DNA of 64,000 nucleotides from a virus. Taxonomy: Duplodnaviria; Caudoviricetes. Position 1 is the stretch's first letter. The number at the start of each line of letters is the position of its first letter. Location of the stretch: IMG/VR virus record IMGVR_UViG_3300032007_000010; one strand, written 5' to 3'. The translations under genes and the position numbers were made by a program. The notes under the pieces were generated by a model. It was not told the DNA's origin. It worked only from the letters and a program-made list of their open reading frames with translations, and did not search any database. This document shows, one piece after another, positions 20,023 through 29,836 of the stretch.

Positions 20023-20671
20023 TCAGGAGAATAATATTCAGGCGATGCGGAATTACTGGAATACGCATCCGGAGATTCGAGGCATCAACCCTGTGACTTT
20101 CTGGTTGCACATGTACTATGCATATGCGATGCAGACGTTCATTCCGGGAGTTTCCAAGAATCCGATGTATATCGTATCCGAAGTCAAGCTCATCGAGGAT
20201 ATCGTCGACTATCGATCCAGGACCGAGGAGAACATCACCGATATTGACCAAAAGGCGCAGTTGATCAAGGACTTCATCGATCGCGTGGATGAATACATTA
20301 GATTACACCATTCGGACGTGGTTGACGCCCTCGAGGTTATCGCCGAGAATCCGGACTATCTATCCGCAGTGATCTTCGTGAACGATGGTAGCTTTCGCAC
20401 CAATCGCATTATCCTGTCAGAGGCTGAGTTCGCGTATTGTGCCATCGAAAGGAACGGGGAATGCGTCCTCATCAACACCATCACGCACAATCAAGCTGAA
20501 CCTGCGATAAAACATATCATCGAGGAAGATGGTGTGATATTCGTGCAACTTGTGCCCAAAGCGTACACGGAAAGGATTCTCAGATATAACCGTTTGATGA
20601 GTCAGATCGGCCACTATGGCAGCGAACCATCATACCGTCGCATCGGTCCGTTACCTTCGATCTGGTTCTGA
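20003..20671 (+). CDS. Hypothetical protein
   Basis: MYPMSPDQ... ORF overlapping the upstream gene end. Confidence 0.65.
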   Translation: MYPMSPDQENNIQAMRNYWNTHPEIRGINPVTFWLHMYYAYAMQTFIPGVSKNPMYIVSEVKLIEDIVDYRSRTEENITDIDQKAQLIKDFIDRVDEYIRLHHSDVVDALEVIAENPDYLSAVIFVNDGSFRTNRIILSEAEFAYCAIERNGECVLINTITHNQAEPAIKHIIEEDGVIFVQLVPKAYTERILRYNRLMSQIGHYGSEPSYRRIGPLPSIWF

Positions 20672-20762
20672 GGAATCAAAGAAACCGCTTCCTTCGTGGG
20701 GCGGTTTCTTTTTGCTCGAACATCCATATATAATAGACATCCCCGAGAAAGGAGACATTCTC

Positions 20763-22094
20763 ATGCTTCATGTAGGACGACCACAGGACTATCCAGATGA
20801 CTACGGGCAGTGGAATAGACTCTATTCCGTGCAAGAATGGCCCGAGGAAGAGGTCATCCAATACGATCGTCATATCCAAAAGACAAGCTATAACCAGGCC
20901 ACCATCACCGGTGCCGTGGTCGACTGGATCAAGTCATTCTTCCCGGCAGGATATTTCAAGCGCACGAGGATCACCACCGAATCTGCGTATGGGGAATTCA
21001 AGAGTTTCATGCGCAACATATACAAGCTCGAAAAACCGTTCATGATCATCGATCCACAATCCATCACCCACGATGATGAGAGCCTCTTTGGTCAGAACAT
21101 GACCGATCGCTACAACTTCTATGATCCGGGGAACGAGGGCATTGGCCCCGCCCTGATCTACTCGCTTCCGATCCTCAAGACGGATTCCATCGAGCTCGTC
21201 TATCGACGCAATCGTTTCCGCTTCGACTTTGACATGATGATCATGGAGCAGAATCTGGATCGTCAGCTCAACACCTACAACATGTTGCTCATGCGCATTC
21301 GGCATAACTCAAAGTTTACGCTGGATCGAACGCTTCCGTATCTGCTGCCGAGCAAGCAGATGAAATTCATCGCCAAGGTGCATGGGTATGAATATGGCAC
21401 CGAGGAGTTCGTGAGATTCCTCAACTCCGTGTCCAAATACTCGATCATCATGCGTGTCACACCCAACGGCGTGGTTCTTCACTACATGCTCGTCCCAACA
21501 CAGCTAATGTGCGAAGTGACCGGCTATCCAAACCGCGACACGCCGGAAACCAGCAATGCCATCGAGTGGGGCGCCAGGCTCACCGAAGAATTCATCTTCA
21601 AGGCTGATGTGCCGTCGGAATTCATTCTCATGATTCCCGAGAAGGCCGACTTTGTCCCCTACGAAGAAATCATCGATGACACGCCGGATCTCATCACCAT
21701 CACTAACCCGGACTATGCGGATCTGGACTGGCCCACCGAGATCAATGGGTACACGGCGGCGGTGAAGTTCGATGTGGAGTTCCAGCAGGGCGACGACAAC
21801 AAAATTGCCATTCTCCCCGAATGCTATCGCACCATCGATCCGGATATTCGCAACGTGATCCTCGAGTGTGTCCAGAAGAAGGGGAAATTATCAGATCTCA
21901 TGCTGGTGCGAGCCTACCCCAACGGTTCCTACATGAATGCGCCGGCCGTGTTTGACGACGAGGGAATCCTGACCATCGGAAACCCGCAGGTCGGGAAGCT
22001 ATACACAATTATGGTTTACATCAACCTCGGAACGATCAATATCATACGCGAGGGGAAAAATAAACAACACATCGGCACCATCGAAAAGTACTGA
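20763..22094 (+). CDS. Hypothetical protein, possibly virion structural
   Basis: aaaggag RBS before ATG 20763; long ORF. Confidence 0.75.
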   Translation: MLHVGRPQDYPDDYGQWNRLYSVQEWPEEEVIQYDRHIQKTSYNQATITGAVVDWIKSFFPAGYFKRTRITTESAYGEFKSFMRNIYKLEKPFMIIDPQSITHDDESLFGQNMTDRYNFYDPGNEGIGPALIYSLPILKTDSIELVYRRNRFRFDFDMMIMEQNLDRQLNTYNMLLMRIRHNSKFTLDRTLPYLLPSKQMKFIAKVHGYEYGTEEFVRFLNSVSKYSIIMRVTPNGVVLHYMLVPTQLMCEVTGYPNRDTPETSNAIEWGARLTEEFIFKADVPSEFILMIPEKADFVPYEEIIDDTPDLITITNPDYADLDWPTEINGYTAAVKFDVEFQQGDDNKIAILPECYRTIDPDIRNVILECVQKKGKLSDLMLVRAYPNGSYMNAPAVFDDEGILTIGNPQVGKLYTIMVYINLGTINIIREGKNKQHIGTIEKY

Positions 22095-22178
22095 ATTGCT
22101 TCCTGTTTTCTTTGTGATCGAATTTGAATTTCATCGAACATTAGTATACTTAATGCTTCGGGAAAGGAGGAGGATATC

Positions 22179-22505
22179 ATGGGTCTATTTGATAAGCTCA
22201 GAGCACGCAGCGAGCAGCGCAGGACAGCACAGCTCGAGGCCGAGCACGCATCCGTGGAGCAGCGTCTCCGCGATGAACTCTTTGCCATGTCGATCGAAGA
22301 ACCTGAAAAACGCACGGTTGAATTCAAGAATCGTCGCTATGTGCTCGAGATCACCAAGACCGGCGAGCGCAAGTTCAGCGTGCACGAACCCTTCGAAAAC
22401 AACGGCAAGAAAATGTGGAGATACAACACCGTGATCTACACGGCGGCCGGCGAACAGGGCAGTGCTAGGACGGGAGTCTATCCGGCCTCCTTTGCGAATA
22501 GGTGA
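22179..22505 (+). CDS. Hypothetical protein
   Basis: aggaggagg RBS; AACAttagtaTA motif at 22137. Confidence 0.75.
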   Translation: MGLFDKLRARSEQRRTAQLEAEHASVEQRLRDELFAMSIEEPEKRTVEFKNRRYVLEITKTGERKFSVHEPFENNGKKMWRYNTVIYTAAGEQGSARTGVYPASFANR

Positions 22506-22507
22506 TC

Positions 22508-22541
22508 AAAATCCCCTCCCCAACCATCGGGAGGGGATTTT
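22508..22541 (+). terminator. CCCCTCCC hairpin family copy 4
   Basis: aaaatcccctccc...gggaggggatttt. Confidence 0.75.
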
Positions 22542-22583
22542 ACTTTGGTCTATATAATATAACCTTGAAGTAACAAACGAAAG

Positions 22584-22997
22584 GTGGTAGGAATATCCAT
22601 GAATCTGATCCTGAGCTATCGCATCGCGCAGCTCGAAGCAACCATCATCAATGATGTGAAGTCGCTCAGAAAGAGTACCAACGAAGCAACCATTGCGACC
22701 CGACGCGACCGTCTCATGCTTGACATCGGAAAGCTGATCCCATTCTATCACGCGACCAGAAACGAGATGATTCGTTGCGAGGCATTGGAATACACCGGTG
22801 CGGTGTTGCTGGGAATCAATCCGAAATACGGCATCAAACTCTATGATCGCGGTCTCGAGCTCATCGGCAACGAAATATCAAGATTCAACCGCGGAAACTA
22901 CACAGCAGAACAATTCATCAACTACAAGCATAATCTCTCGATGACCGGCATGTTCGGCAATGACAGGACGGTCGTAAAAGACGATGTCAAAAATTAA
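22584..22997 (+). CDS. Hypothetical protein
   Basis: ORF after the ctatataatata motif; likely start ATG 22599. Confidence 0.7.
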   Translation: MVGISMNLILSYRIAQLEATIINDVKSLRKSTNEATIATRRDRLMLDIGKLIPFYHATRNEMIRCEALEYTGAVLLGINPKYGIKLYDRGLELIGNEISRFNRGNYTAEQFINYKHNLSMTGMFGNDRTVVKDDVKN

Positions 22998-23000
22998 CAC

Positions 23001-23822
23001 ATGGGAGGAAACAACATGAATCGAATCGTACATCTGGACAGCGGGGAGATCTTTCCCCTCGACCACTATGGCATCGGCACCGAGCCGTTGCGCGACGCTG
23101 TGCGCGATGTCATTGCGCTCTATCTCACCAACACATCTCCGGTGGATGTCGAGAAAGCGTTTATCGACGGATCATCCTTCGTCATCGAAACACACTATGA
23201 CCAGGGTGATCTTACCCACGATGCCGGTGATGTTGACGTCTGCGAGGACTACGCATCCTATATCGTGGCCGGCTCGGTCGTCGACAAGGGCAACGGCCTT
23301 GTCATCGTCACCATGGGCAAGGCTATGAGCGAGAAGGAACAGCTCATCGCCGCGCGCACCATGGAGCGTCGCATCAACAATCTCGAGAAAAGGCTCCGCG
23401 AGATTACAAACTCCTACGAGCAGATCCGGGCCCAGAAGAAGCAGCTCGAATTCGAGAACCTGCGTATCTCCGAGGAATTCAAGGCTCTCCAAGACATGAT
23501 CAACGCCGTGAACAACGCACAGATCATTCCCGAGGGTGAACCGATCGGCGATCCGGACGATCTCTATCCGTCAGACATGCCCGTCGACAGTCTCGAACAG
23601 GATGAGGATCCGATCTATCCGGTCGAAGAGCCGGATCCGATCGATGCTCCTCCGACCGAGGTGGTCCCCGTCGAGGATGTGCCGGTCGTCGAGGAAAAGC
23701 CCAAGAAACCCAAGAAAACCGTGGAAAAGAAGGTCTACAAGCGCAAAACGGCTCCCAAGACCGATGAAAAACCCAAGACCGAGAAGAAAACAACTCGGTC
23801 CAAGAAGAAAAATGCCTTCTAG
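23001..23822 (+). CDS. Hypothetical protein with coiled coil and Pro/Lys-rich tail
   Basis: ORF; ggagg RBS suggests start 23016. Confidence 0.75.
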   Translation: MGGNNMNRIVHLDSGEIFPLDHYGIGTEPLRDAVRDVIALYLTNTSPVDVEKAFIDGSSFVIETHYDQGDLTHDAGDVDVCEDYASYIVAGSVVDKGNGLVIVTMGKAMSEKEQLIAARTMERRINNLEKRLREITNSYEQIRAQKKQLEFENLRISEEFKALQDMINAVNNAQIIPEGEPIGDPDDLYPSDMPVDSLEQDEDPIYPVEEPDPIDAPPTEVVPVEDVPVVEEKPKKPKKTVEKKVYKRKTAPKTDEKPKTEKKTTRSKKKNAF

Positions 23823-23835
23823 GATACCATCAAAT

Positions 23836-23870
23836 ACCCCTCCCGGTGATCCGGGAGGGGTTTCTTTTTC
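23836..23870 (+). terminator. CCCCTCCC hairpin family copy 5
   Basis: acccctcccgg-tgat-ccgggaggggt plus T tract. Confidence 0.75.
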
Positions 23871-24049
23871 CCTCAAAACAACATTTTTACCCCTAAATTT
23901 TGTTGCATCTTAGACCCTACCTTTTGGCAGGTGTCGACATATGGCAGTTTTGGCAGAGATTTCAGCACATCAACTCGCTGCAAACCCTTTATTCATGCGG
24001 GTTTCGGGCGTTTCGTCAAAATATAACAACACCAAGGAGGTGTGATTTA

Positions 24050-25225
24050 GTGGCAGTTCTGAAACAGAGGCTTCACAGGTTCAATGGCGCCTCCTATGAT
24101 ACGATTCACTTCGAGACCGAGGTTGCCTGTGTTGTCGGACTCCCGGAGTGGGTCAAGTCGGCCACCAAGCCGGCCTACACAGCCTCGGAGATCACGTCCA
24201 CCGGTGGCACCGTCCAGTCCGACCTGGATAGCTATCTCCCCGAGGTGCAGGCCACCGACGATGCGCCCGCCGCCACCAAGGAATCCAAGCTCGTGGTTGG
24301 GCCCTCGAGTGCCTGGGTTCATGGAGTGAACATCCTCGATTCCGGATCCCAGGGCGTGTCCCGCAGCGTTGATGTTACCCTCGCTGCCTCGGGCTGGGAG
24401 GGAAGCTCCGCTCCCTACACCCAGCGCATCTTCGTCTCTGGTCTCATGGCGGGCCAGGATGGTGTCATCGGTCCTGGCCAGAGCGCCAGCGATGCTCAGG
24501 CCACGGCCATCGAGGATGCCTGCATGCGCATCAGTGCCCAGGATTCTTCCACGCTCACGATCACGGCAAAGGGCGCGAAACCGAGCATCGATCTTCCGGT
24601 GCAGATTCTCCTCTTCACCACGACCACCGATGAGGGCTATCTCATCGGCTCCTGCCCCCAGGCGATCCCCGTGACGCTCACGGTGGCCGGCTGGGATTCC
24701 ACCGCCAAGACCCAGACCGTGGCGGTACCTGGCATCGTCGCCGACGAACTCAAGCAGAAGATCGAGCCGAACCCCTCCAATGCGTCGAGCGCTGAGTACT
24801 TCGATTGCAACGTGCGTGCCACCGCACAGGCCACGGATTCGCTCACCTTCACCTGCGATGAGATTCCAACCGCAGCGCTGACGGTCTACGTGCTCATCAC
24901 CGCCATCGCCGAGACCACCGGGACCGTTCCAGTCGGGGCAGGCATCGGTGTGCACCAGTACGCTACCATGAAGACGGTGACCACGGGTACAAGCTGGACC
25001 GACAACGGAGACGGCTGGTATCAACAAACGATCACGATTCCCGGGACGACGGAGAATACCCAGGTGGATCTCCAGAACGATGAGGATGTCATCGACCAGA
25101 TGGAGGAGGATGGTTGCAGCAACCTCTTCGTCAAGAACGTGGATGGAACACTGTATCTCATGGCCAAGGATGCTCCGTTGAGTGTTGCGGTGACCCTCCA
25201 GGTCAACCTGAAGGAGGTGTATTGA
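24050..25225 (+). CDS. Tail-fibre/adaptor-like protein with three repeated beta modules
   Basis: GTG start after aaggagg; N-terminus (LKQRLHRFNGASYDTIHFET) shared with the genes starting at 49079 and 51080; three VTL..GW....YTQ.I.V.G-like repeats. Confidence 0.7.
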   Translation: MAVLKQRLHRFNGASYDTIHFETEVACVVGLPEWVKSATKPAYTASEITSTGGTVQSDLDSYLPEVQATDDAPAATKESKLVVGPSSAWVHGVNILDSGSQGVSRSVDVTLAASGWEGSSAPYTQRIFVSGLMAGQDGVIGPGQSASDAQATAIEDACMRISAQDSSTLTITAKGAKPSIDLPVQILLFTTTTDEGYLIGSCPQAIPVTLTVAGWDSTAKTQTVAVPGIVADELKQKIEPNPSNASSAEYFDCNVRATAQATDSLTFTCDEIPTAALTVYVLITAIAETTGTVPVGAGIGVHQYATMKTVTTGTSWTDNGDGWYQQTITIPGTTENTQVDLQNDEDVIDQMEEDGCSNLFVKNVDGTLYLMAKDAPLSVAVTLQVNLKEVY

Positions 25226-25228
25226 TCC

Positions 25229-25894
25229 ATGGGAACAATCTATGGTGATGCACTCAAATCTGGAGGGAAGTTCGACTTCAGTGGAGCGAATGTAACAGTG
25301 GATGATTTGCCAATCGGTGTATATGCTTGGGATGCTAATGGTACACTGATAGGACGGGAAGCAGATCCTGGTGAATACGGCTCCAATGTCATCTCCGGAA
25401 CTCTTACCAAAGGTTCATATGTACGTTTTGATGGCATCGACTGGATCGTTGCGAATGTCTCCGGCAACACCTACACCCTGATGCTGAAGAAGATGACCGA
25501 GACCACAACCTTCGGTTCGTCGACCAGCTATAGTGGCAGTACCATCACGTCGAAGTGCACGACCTTCCAGAATGCGATGTCGGCGAATGCGCTGTCGGTG
25601 GTCAACTCGAAGACGGTACAGTCGGTTACAGCGGAGGTGTGGATCGCTACGAGATCCGACATCGAATCCTGGACCGATAGCAACGACCAGACCAGTTCTG
25701 CCTGGTCTGGCATTCGCAAGTGGACGGGCTCGTCCGAGGATGACTATGCCGTGAAAGACATCTATAGCTACTGGTGCTCTGATCCGGACGGCTCCGGCCG
25801 TGTCTGGGCCGTCGCTTACATCGGCCTCTTCGTCAACGACAACGGTCCGAGCTATGCGCGTGGGTTCCGCCCTTGTATCGAAGTTGTACAATGA
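25229..25894 (+). CDS. DGR-target-type receptor-binding domain protein
   Basis: CLec-like C-terminus ending GFRPCIEV; VR-like NNC/NNT codon pattern at 25781-25885. Confidence 0.8.
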   Translation: MGTIYGDALKSGGKFDFSGANVTVDDLPIGVYAWDANGTLIGREADPGEYGSNVISGTLTKGSYVRFDGIDWIVANVSGNTYTLMLKKMTETTTFGSSTSYSGSTITSKCTTFQNAMSANALSVVNSKTVQSVTAEVWIATRSDIESWTDSNDQTSSAWSGIRKWTGSSEDDYAVKDIYSYWCSDPDGSGRVWAVAYIGLFVNDNGPSYARGFRPCIEVVQ

Positions 25895-25956
25895 ACAAAA
25901 GTGACCCGCCCAGGAGCGGGCGGGTCTTCTCATAACAATGAAAGGAGGAATGCTCC

Positions 25957-26670
25957 TTGATTCAGAATCAACCAAATCCCAATACCATATCAGAGCTCCA
26001 GGCTGAGATCAACTACTGGAAAAGGCGGTATGAGGAGAAAACTTTTGACTTTTCTGGGGCCACCGCAACACCGGACGATATTCTCCAGGGGGTTAAGGCT
26101 TGGGATGCCACCGGCACACTGATCACTGGCACTTATGTGTTTCCTGGTGAATATGGTTCTCCCGAGATTGCTGGTACTCTCACAAAGGGCTCATACGTCA
26201 GGTTCGATGGGTTGGATTGGATTATCGCCAAGGTGAACGGTTCCACCTACACACTCATGCTGAAGAAGATGACGGAGACGACGCAGTTTGGCTCGTCGAT
26301 CTACTACAGTGGTTCGACAATCGCATCCAAGTGCACGACCTTCCAGGGTACCATGTCTGCCGAGGCGCTGTCGGTCGTCAACTCCAAGACCGTACAATCT
26401 GTCACGGCCAAAGTGTGGATTGCCCAGAAGACCGACATCGAATCCTGGACTGTCAGCAGCGAACCGTCTTCGTCAGATTGGTCTGGTATTCGCAAATGGA
26501 CCGCCAACGATGGCATCTACGATTCGGTCGGAGCTACCAACTACTGGTGCTCGAATACGAACGACTCCAGTTATGTCTGGATCGTCACTTCCGACGGCTA
26601 CTTCTACGGCCGCAATAGTCCGAGTAAGACGTATGGTTTCCGACCCTGCATCGAAGTCACTCAATCCTGA
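25957..26670 (+). CDS. DGR-target-type receptor-binding domain protein
   Basis: Paralog of 25229; TTG start with aaaggagg RBS. Confidence 0.8.
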   Translation: MIQNQPNPNTISELQAEINYWKRRYEEKTFDFSGATATPDDILQGVKAWDATGTLITGTYVFPGEYGSPEIAGTLTKGSYVRFDGLDWIIAKVNGSTYTLMLKKMTETTQFGSSIYYSGSTIASKCTTFQGTMSAEALSVVNSKTVQSVTAKVWIAQKTDIESWTVSSEPSSSDWSGIRKWTANDGIYDSVGATNYWCSNTNDSSYVWIVTSDGYFYGRNSPSKTYGFRPCIEVTQS

Positions 26671-26749
26671 TCATAGATAACAGCCCCGCCTCCATCAAGG
26701 GGCGGGGCACCCATCGTTTCAAAATCAATCAATAAAGGAGGAATTTCAC

Positions 26750-28075
26750 ATGGGAATCGTATCGGGCTTCGGAGCAAATCCCGGCATCGGAGCCGTGATT
26801 GATCTTAGGAAGAAGGTTGAACTCTGCCCGAGCATCATCGTGAATGTGCCCACCGGCAGCACGGTATCCTGCACGAAGGGTACGATCAGTCTCACCGCAC
26901 TGTCCATCGATGTTGGAGCGGAGACGGATACCCATACCTTCCAACCCACCGAGGAGGGAACCTGGACGCTGAGAGCCACGCTCGGTGAGGACGAGAGTGA
27001 AACCGAGGTGTTGGTCGAGAAGACCAACTACGAAGAGGATCTCGAATACTTCACCAATCCCATCGAGGGAAATGTTGTGCCCGGTCAGGTTGTCACCTTT
27101 GACAACAAGAGCTGGATTGTCCAGCACGTGGATGGAAACATTGCCTATTTGGCATCCAACGGGATTCTGTCCACGGGTGCGTTCAACAGCAACAGCAGAA
27201 ACGCGTACCTTGGCTCGGATCTAGCAGCCAAAGCTGCTGACTACCAAACAAACAACATGAGTGCCAAAGCGCTCAAATATTGTCAGGATGTTACCGTCAA
27301 CGGAGTTACCAGCAAGGTCTTCATTCCCTCTAAAGCTCAGTATGAATCCGAATGGAGCTGGCCGTCTGCCTCGGCGGACAACCGCAAGCAGACCGGCGGC
27401 AACAGCTGGTATTGGACCTCTTCGCCGTATCCCAACGACTCCAGCAATGTGTGGTTCGTGGATGGCAACTTCAACAGCATCATCGCCAACTATGCCGATG
27501 GCGGTTTCCGGCCCGCGGTGGCCGTGAAGTTCCGCAAGGAGATCGGAGACGGTGAATATGGTTCTTCCAAGATCGCCGGCACTCTGGAGAAGGGTCAATT
27601 CGTCAAATTTGATGGGCAGGATTGGATCGTTGCCAATGTATCTGGTTCAACCTATACGTTGATGTTGAAGAAGATGACGGAGACCACTGCATTTGGATCC
27701 AGCACAACATACTCTGGCAGCACCATCGCATCCAAGTGCACGACCTTCCAGAACGCGATGTCGGCCAATGCACTGTCAGTGGTCAACTCGAAGACGGTCC
27801 AGAGCTTCACCGCCAAGGTATGGATTGCAACAAAATCCGACATCGAATCCTGGACCGATACTGCTAATCCGACCAGTTCTGCCTGGTCTGGTATCAGAAA
27901 ATGGTCTGGAACCACTGAAGATGACTATGCCGTGTCGGGTATCTATACCTATTGGTGCTCTGATCTGGACGGTTCCAGCTTTGTCTGGGAGGCCGAGAAT
28001 CAAGGTAATTTCGGCAGCAGCGCTCCGGCTGCTGTGTTTGGCTTCCGTCCCTGTATCGAAGTCACCCAAAGCTAA
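26750..28075 (+). CDS. Tandem two-domain DGR-target protein with an internal TR-matched VR
   Basis: Domain 1 ends GGFRPAVAVKF (paralog of the 47565 gene); domain 2 ends GFRPCIEV (paralog of 25229). Confidence 0.85.
   Translation: MGIVSGFGANPGIGAVIDLRKKVELCPSIIVNVPTGSTVSCTKGTISLTALSIDVGAETDTHTFQPTEEGTWTLRATLGEDESETEVLVEKTNYEEDLEYFTNPIEGNVVPGQVVTFDNKSWIVQHVDGNIAYLASNGILSTGAFNSNSRNAYLGSDLAAKAADYQTNNMSAKALKYCQDVTVNGVTSKVFIPSKAQYESEWSWPSASADNRKQTGGNSWYWTSSPYPNDSSNVWFVDGNFNSIIANYADGGFRPAVAVKFRKEIGDGEYGSSKIAGTLEKGQFVKFDGQDWIVANVSGSTYTLMLKKMTETTAFGSSTTYSGSTIASKCTTFQNAMSANALSVVNSKTVQSFTAKVWIATKSDIESWTDTANPTSSAWSGIRKWSGTTEDDYAVSGIYTYWCSDLDGSSFVWEAENQGNFGSSAPAAVFGFRPCIEVTQS
27421..27515 (+). repeat. 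DGR variable repeat VR2 (remote, internal)
   Basis: Matches the reverse complement of TR 46493-46593 with 11 substitutions, all at TR adenines, plus an in-frame 6-nt deletion. Confidence 0.9.
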
Positions 28076-28093
28076 CAAAGGAGGTATATCATC

Positions 28094-29146
28094 ATGGCGT
28101 TTCTGTCTCTCGGTGTTCTCAATCGGAACAAACCAAACATCAGGGATGTCCTCCTGCACAAACCCTCAACATCGTCCCAGCTCGTATATACCGGGGAGTC
28201 GCTCTCCCCGGTCTGGGACAACTATGATCCGGACAAACTCACCATCTCCGGGGATCTCTCCGGGATCAACGCTGGTACCTATACCACGACATTCACTCCG
28301 AAGCTCGGAGTATTCTGGGAGGATGGGACAAGTAACCCGTACAATGTTGGCTGGAGCATCGGCAAGGCCACACCCACCGCAAGCATCGACAAGAGTACCG
28401 TGACCCTGGATGCGAGCAAGACCTCCGACACAATCACGGTGACCACGAATTCGGATGGTGCGGTCAGTGCAAGCAGTGACAACACCGGAGTTGCCACGAC
28501 CAGCGTATCCGGAAAGGTTGTGACCGTTTCTTCGGTCAACGATACCACCGGCAGCGCCAATGTCAGCATCGGTGTCGGTGCCGGAAATAATTACATCGCC
28601 TATCCGAGCGTCATGAGCGTGGCGGTCACCACCAGCTTCTTTGTCAATCCGCTCAACAAGGATACCATGACACTTGGGGATGAAACCGTTTACTTCACCG
28701 CCTATCCGTCCATTACCTGGCAGGTACAGCATCTGGATGGGAATTATGCCTATCTGGCGTTGTATCCGATAACTGAACGGAGTGTATTTGGTTCCAGTAC
28801 AACCTATTCCGGATCCACCATTGCACAGAAGTGCACAGACTATCTGAATAACACCATACCCAATGTTGCTGACTATCTGGAAGAGGTCACTGTGAACGGT
28901 GTCACTGCTAAGGTCTTCATTCCTTCTAAAGCTATGTATCAGACCGAGTGGAATTGGCCGAAGACCAGCGCTTCCAATCGTAGTTGCATGATAAACGGTG
29001 CCTATATAGCATATTGTACATCTACTGCGGCCGACTCCGGCAGTGTGTGGAGCGTGAGTGGCGATGGCAACTTCTACAGCGGCTACGGCCCGTCGGCTGC
29101 GTTCGGCTTCCGTCCAGCGGTTAAAGTTAAATATAAAGCTTTGTAA
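28094..29146 (+). CDS. Ig-like repeat plus DGR-target-type domain protein
   Basis: Shares YTG...P.W.NYD..KLTISGD and Ig-like segments with the 47565 gene; ends GFRPAVKVKY. Confidence 0.8.
   Translation: MAFLSLGVLNRNKPNIRDVLLHKPSTSSQLVYTGESLSPVWDNYDPDKLTISGDLSGINAGTYTTTFTPKLGVFWEDGTSNPYNVGWSIGKATPTASIDKSTVTLDASKTSDTITVTTNSDGAVSASSDNTGVATTSVSGKVVTVSSVNDTTGSANVSIGVGAGNNYIAYPSVMSVAVTTSFFVNPLNKDTMTLGDETVYFTAYPSITWQVQHLDGNYAYLALYPITERSVFGSSTTYSGSTIAQKCTDYLNNTIPNVADYLEEVTVNGVTAKVFIPSKAMYQTEWNWPKTSASNRSCMINGAYIAYCTSTAADSGSVWSVSGDGNFYSGYGPSAAFGFRPAVKVKYKAL
29030..29086 (+). repeat. Partial VR: 57-nt core differing from TR only at adenines
   Basis: gcc gac tcc ggc agt gtg tgg agc gtg agt ggc gat ggc aac ttc tac agc ggc tac versus TR aac aac tcc aac aat gtg tgg aac gtg aat aac gat ggc aac ttc aac aac aac aac; flanks differ at non-A sites. 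Confidence 0.7.
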
Positions 29147-29487
29147 AGATGATGCTTGTGTGTTTACTCATATATCAATCATTCACGATGTAATTATCAG
29201 CTGAATTTGTCCCAGGGGCCATCATAGTGCTCCTGGGACACGTTTTTGTACAACGGCTATCCATTCTCAATGTTCTCGGCTTTGTCACTGTTCTGGCACC
29301 AAAGAAAGAGATCGGTGATGAGCTGATATATGGATGAGGATGATCCCGGACGTTGTGATATGCTGGAAAAGATGCGTCGCAACATTAAATACAATAACTT
29401 TCATCCGATCAGCAGTCACTATCCGGACTGCTACTATCTTTTGCCACATGCGGCATGCTGGAACATGGACTAGCAACGATTCAAACG

Positions 29488-29528
29488 AAGAAAAGACGGA
29501 CCCGACCTGGGTCCGTCTCTTTTTTTTT
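29488..29528. terminator. Bidirectional terminator between convergent gene blocks
   Basis: agacggaccc-gacct-gggtccgtct with an A-rich tract before and a T tract after. Confidence 0.8.
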
Positions 29529-29532
29529 GTTG

Positions 29533-29823
29533 TCAATCGTGTTTTTCGAGCATGTCGTACCCGGAGACCTCACCATTTTCCGCGAGTAGCTCGGAGGCAT
29601 CCTCGTTGAACGGGACTGTTCCAAAGTATTTCTCGCAGTCCTTGTTGGTGCAGAGGAACACAGGCTCACCGCGCAGAAAAATACCAACCTTGGCGCCACA
29701 TTTTGGGCAGACCTCGGGCACATCCTCACCCTTGTCATTCTTGCGTGGGATCTTTTTGTTCGATTTCTCGTTGAGCAACATTCCAGCTGTCTCCAGGAGT
29801 TGCTTCAGTTCGTTATCATTCAT
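29533..29823 (-). CDS. Small zinc-ribbon protein
   Basis: CPKC...CTNKDC; gaggag RBS. Confidence 0.75.
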   Translation of the reverse strand: MNDNELKQLLETAGMLLNEKSNKKIPRKNDKGEDVPEVCPKCGAKVGIFLRGEPVFLCTNKDCEKYFGTVPFNEDASELLAENGEVSGYDMLEKHD

Positions 29824-29836
29824 GGATATTCTCTCC

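Noticed and set aside
29150-29480. Possible ncRNA or small ORF in the gap after gene 28094
   Set aside because: Only one hairpin (29208-29240) and short ORFs without clear support; not enough to call.
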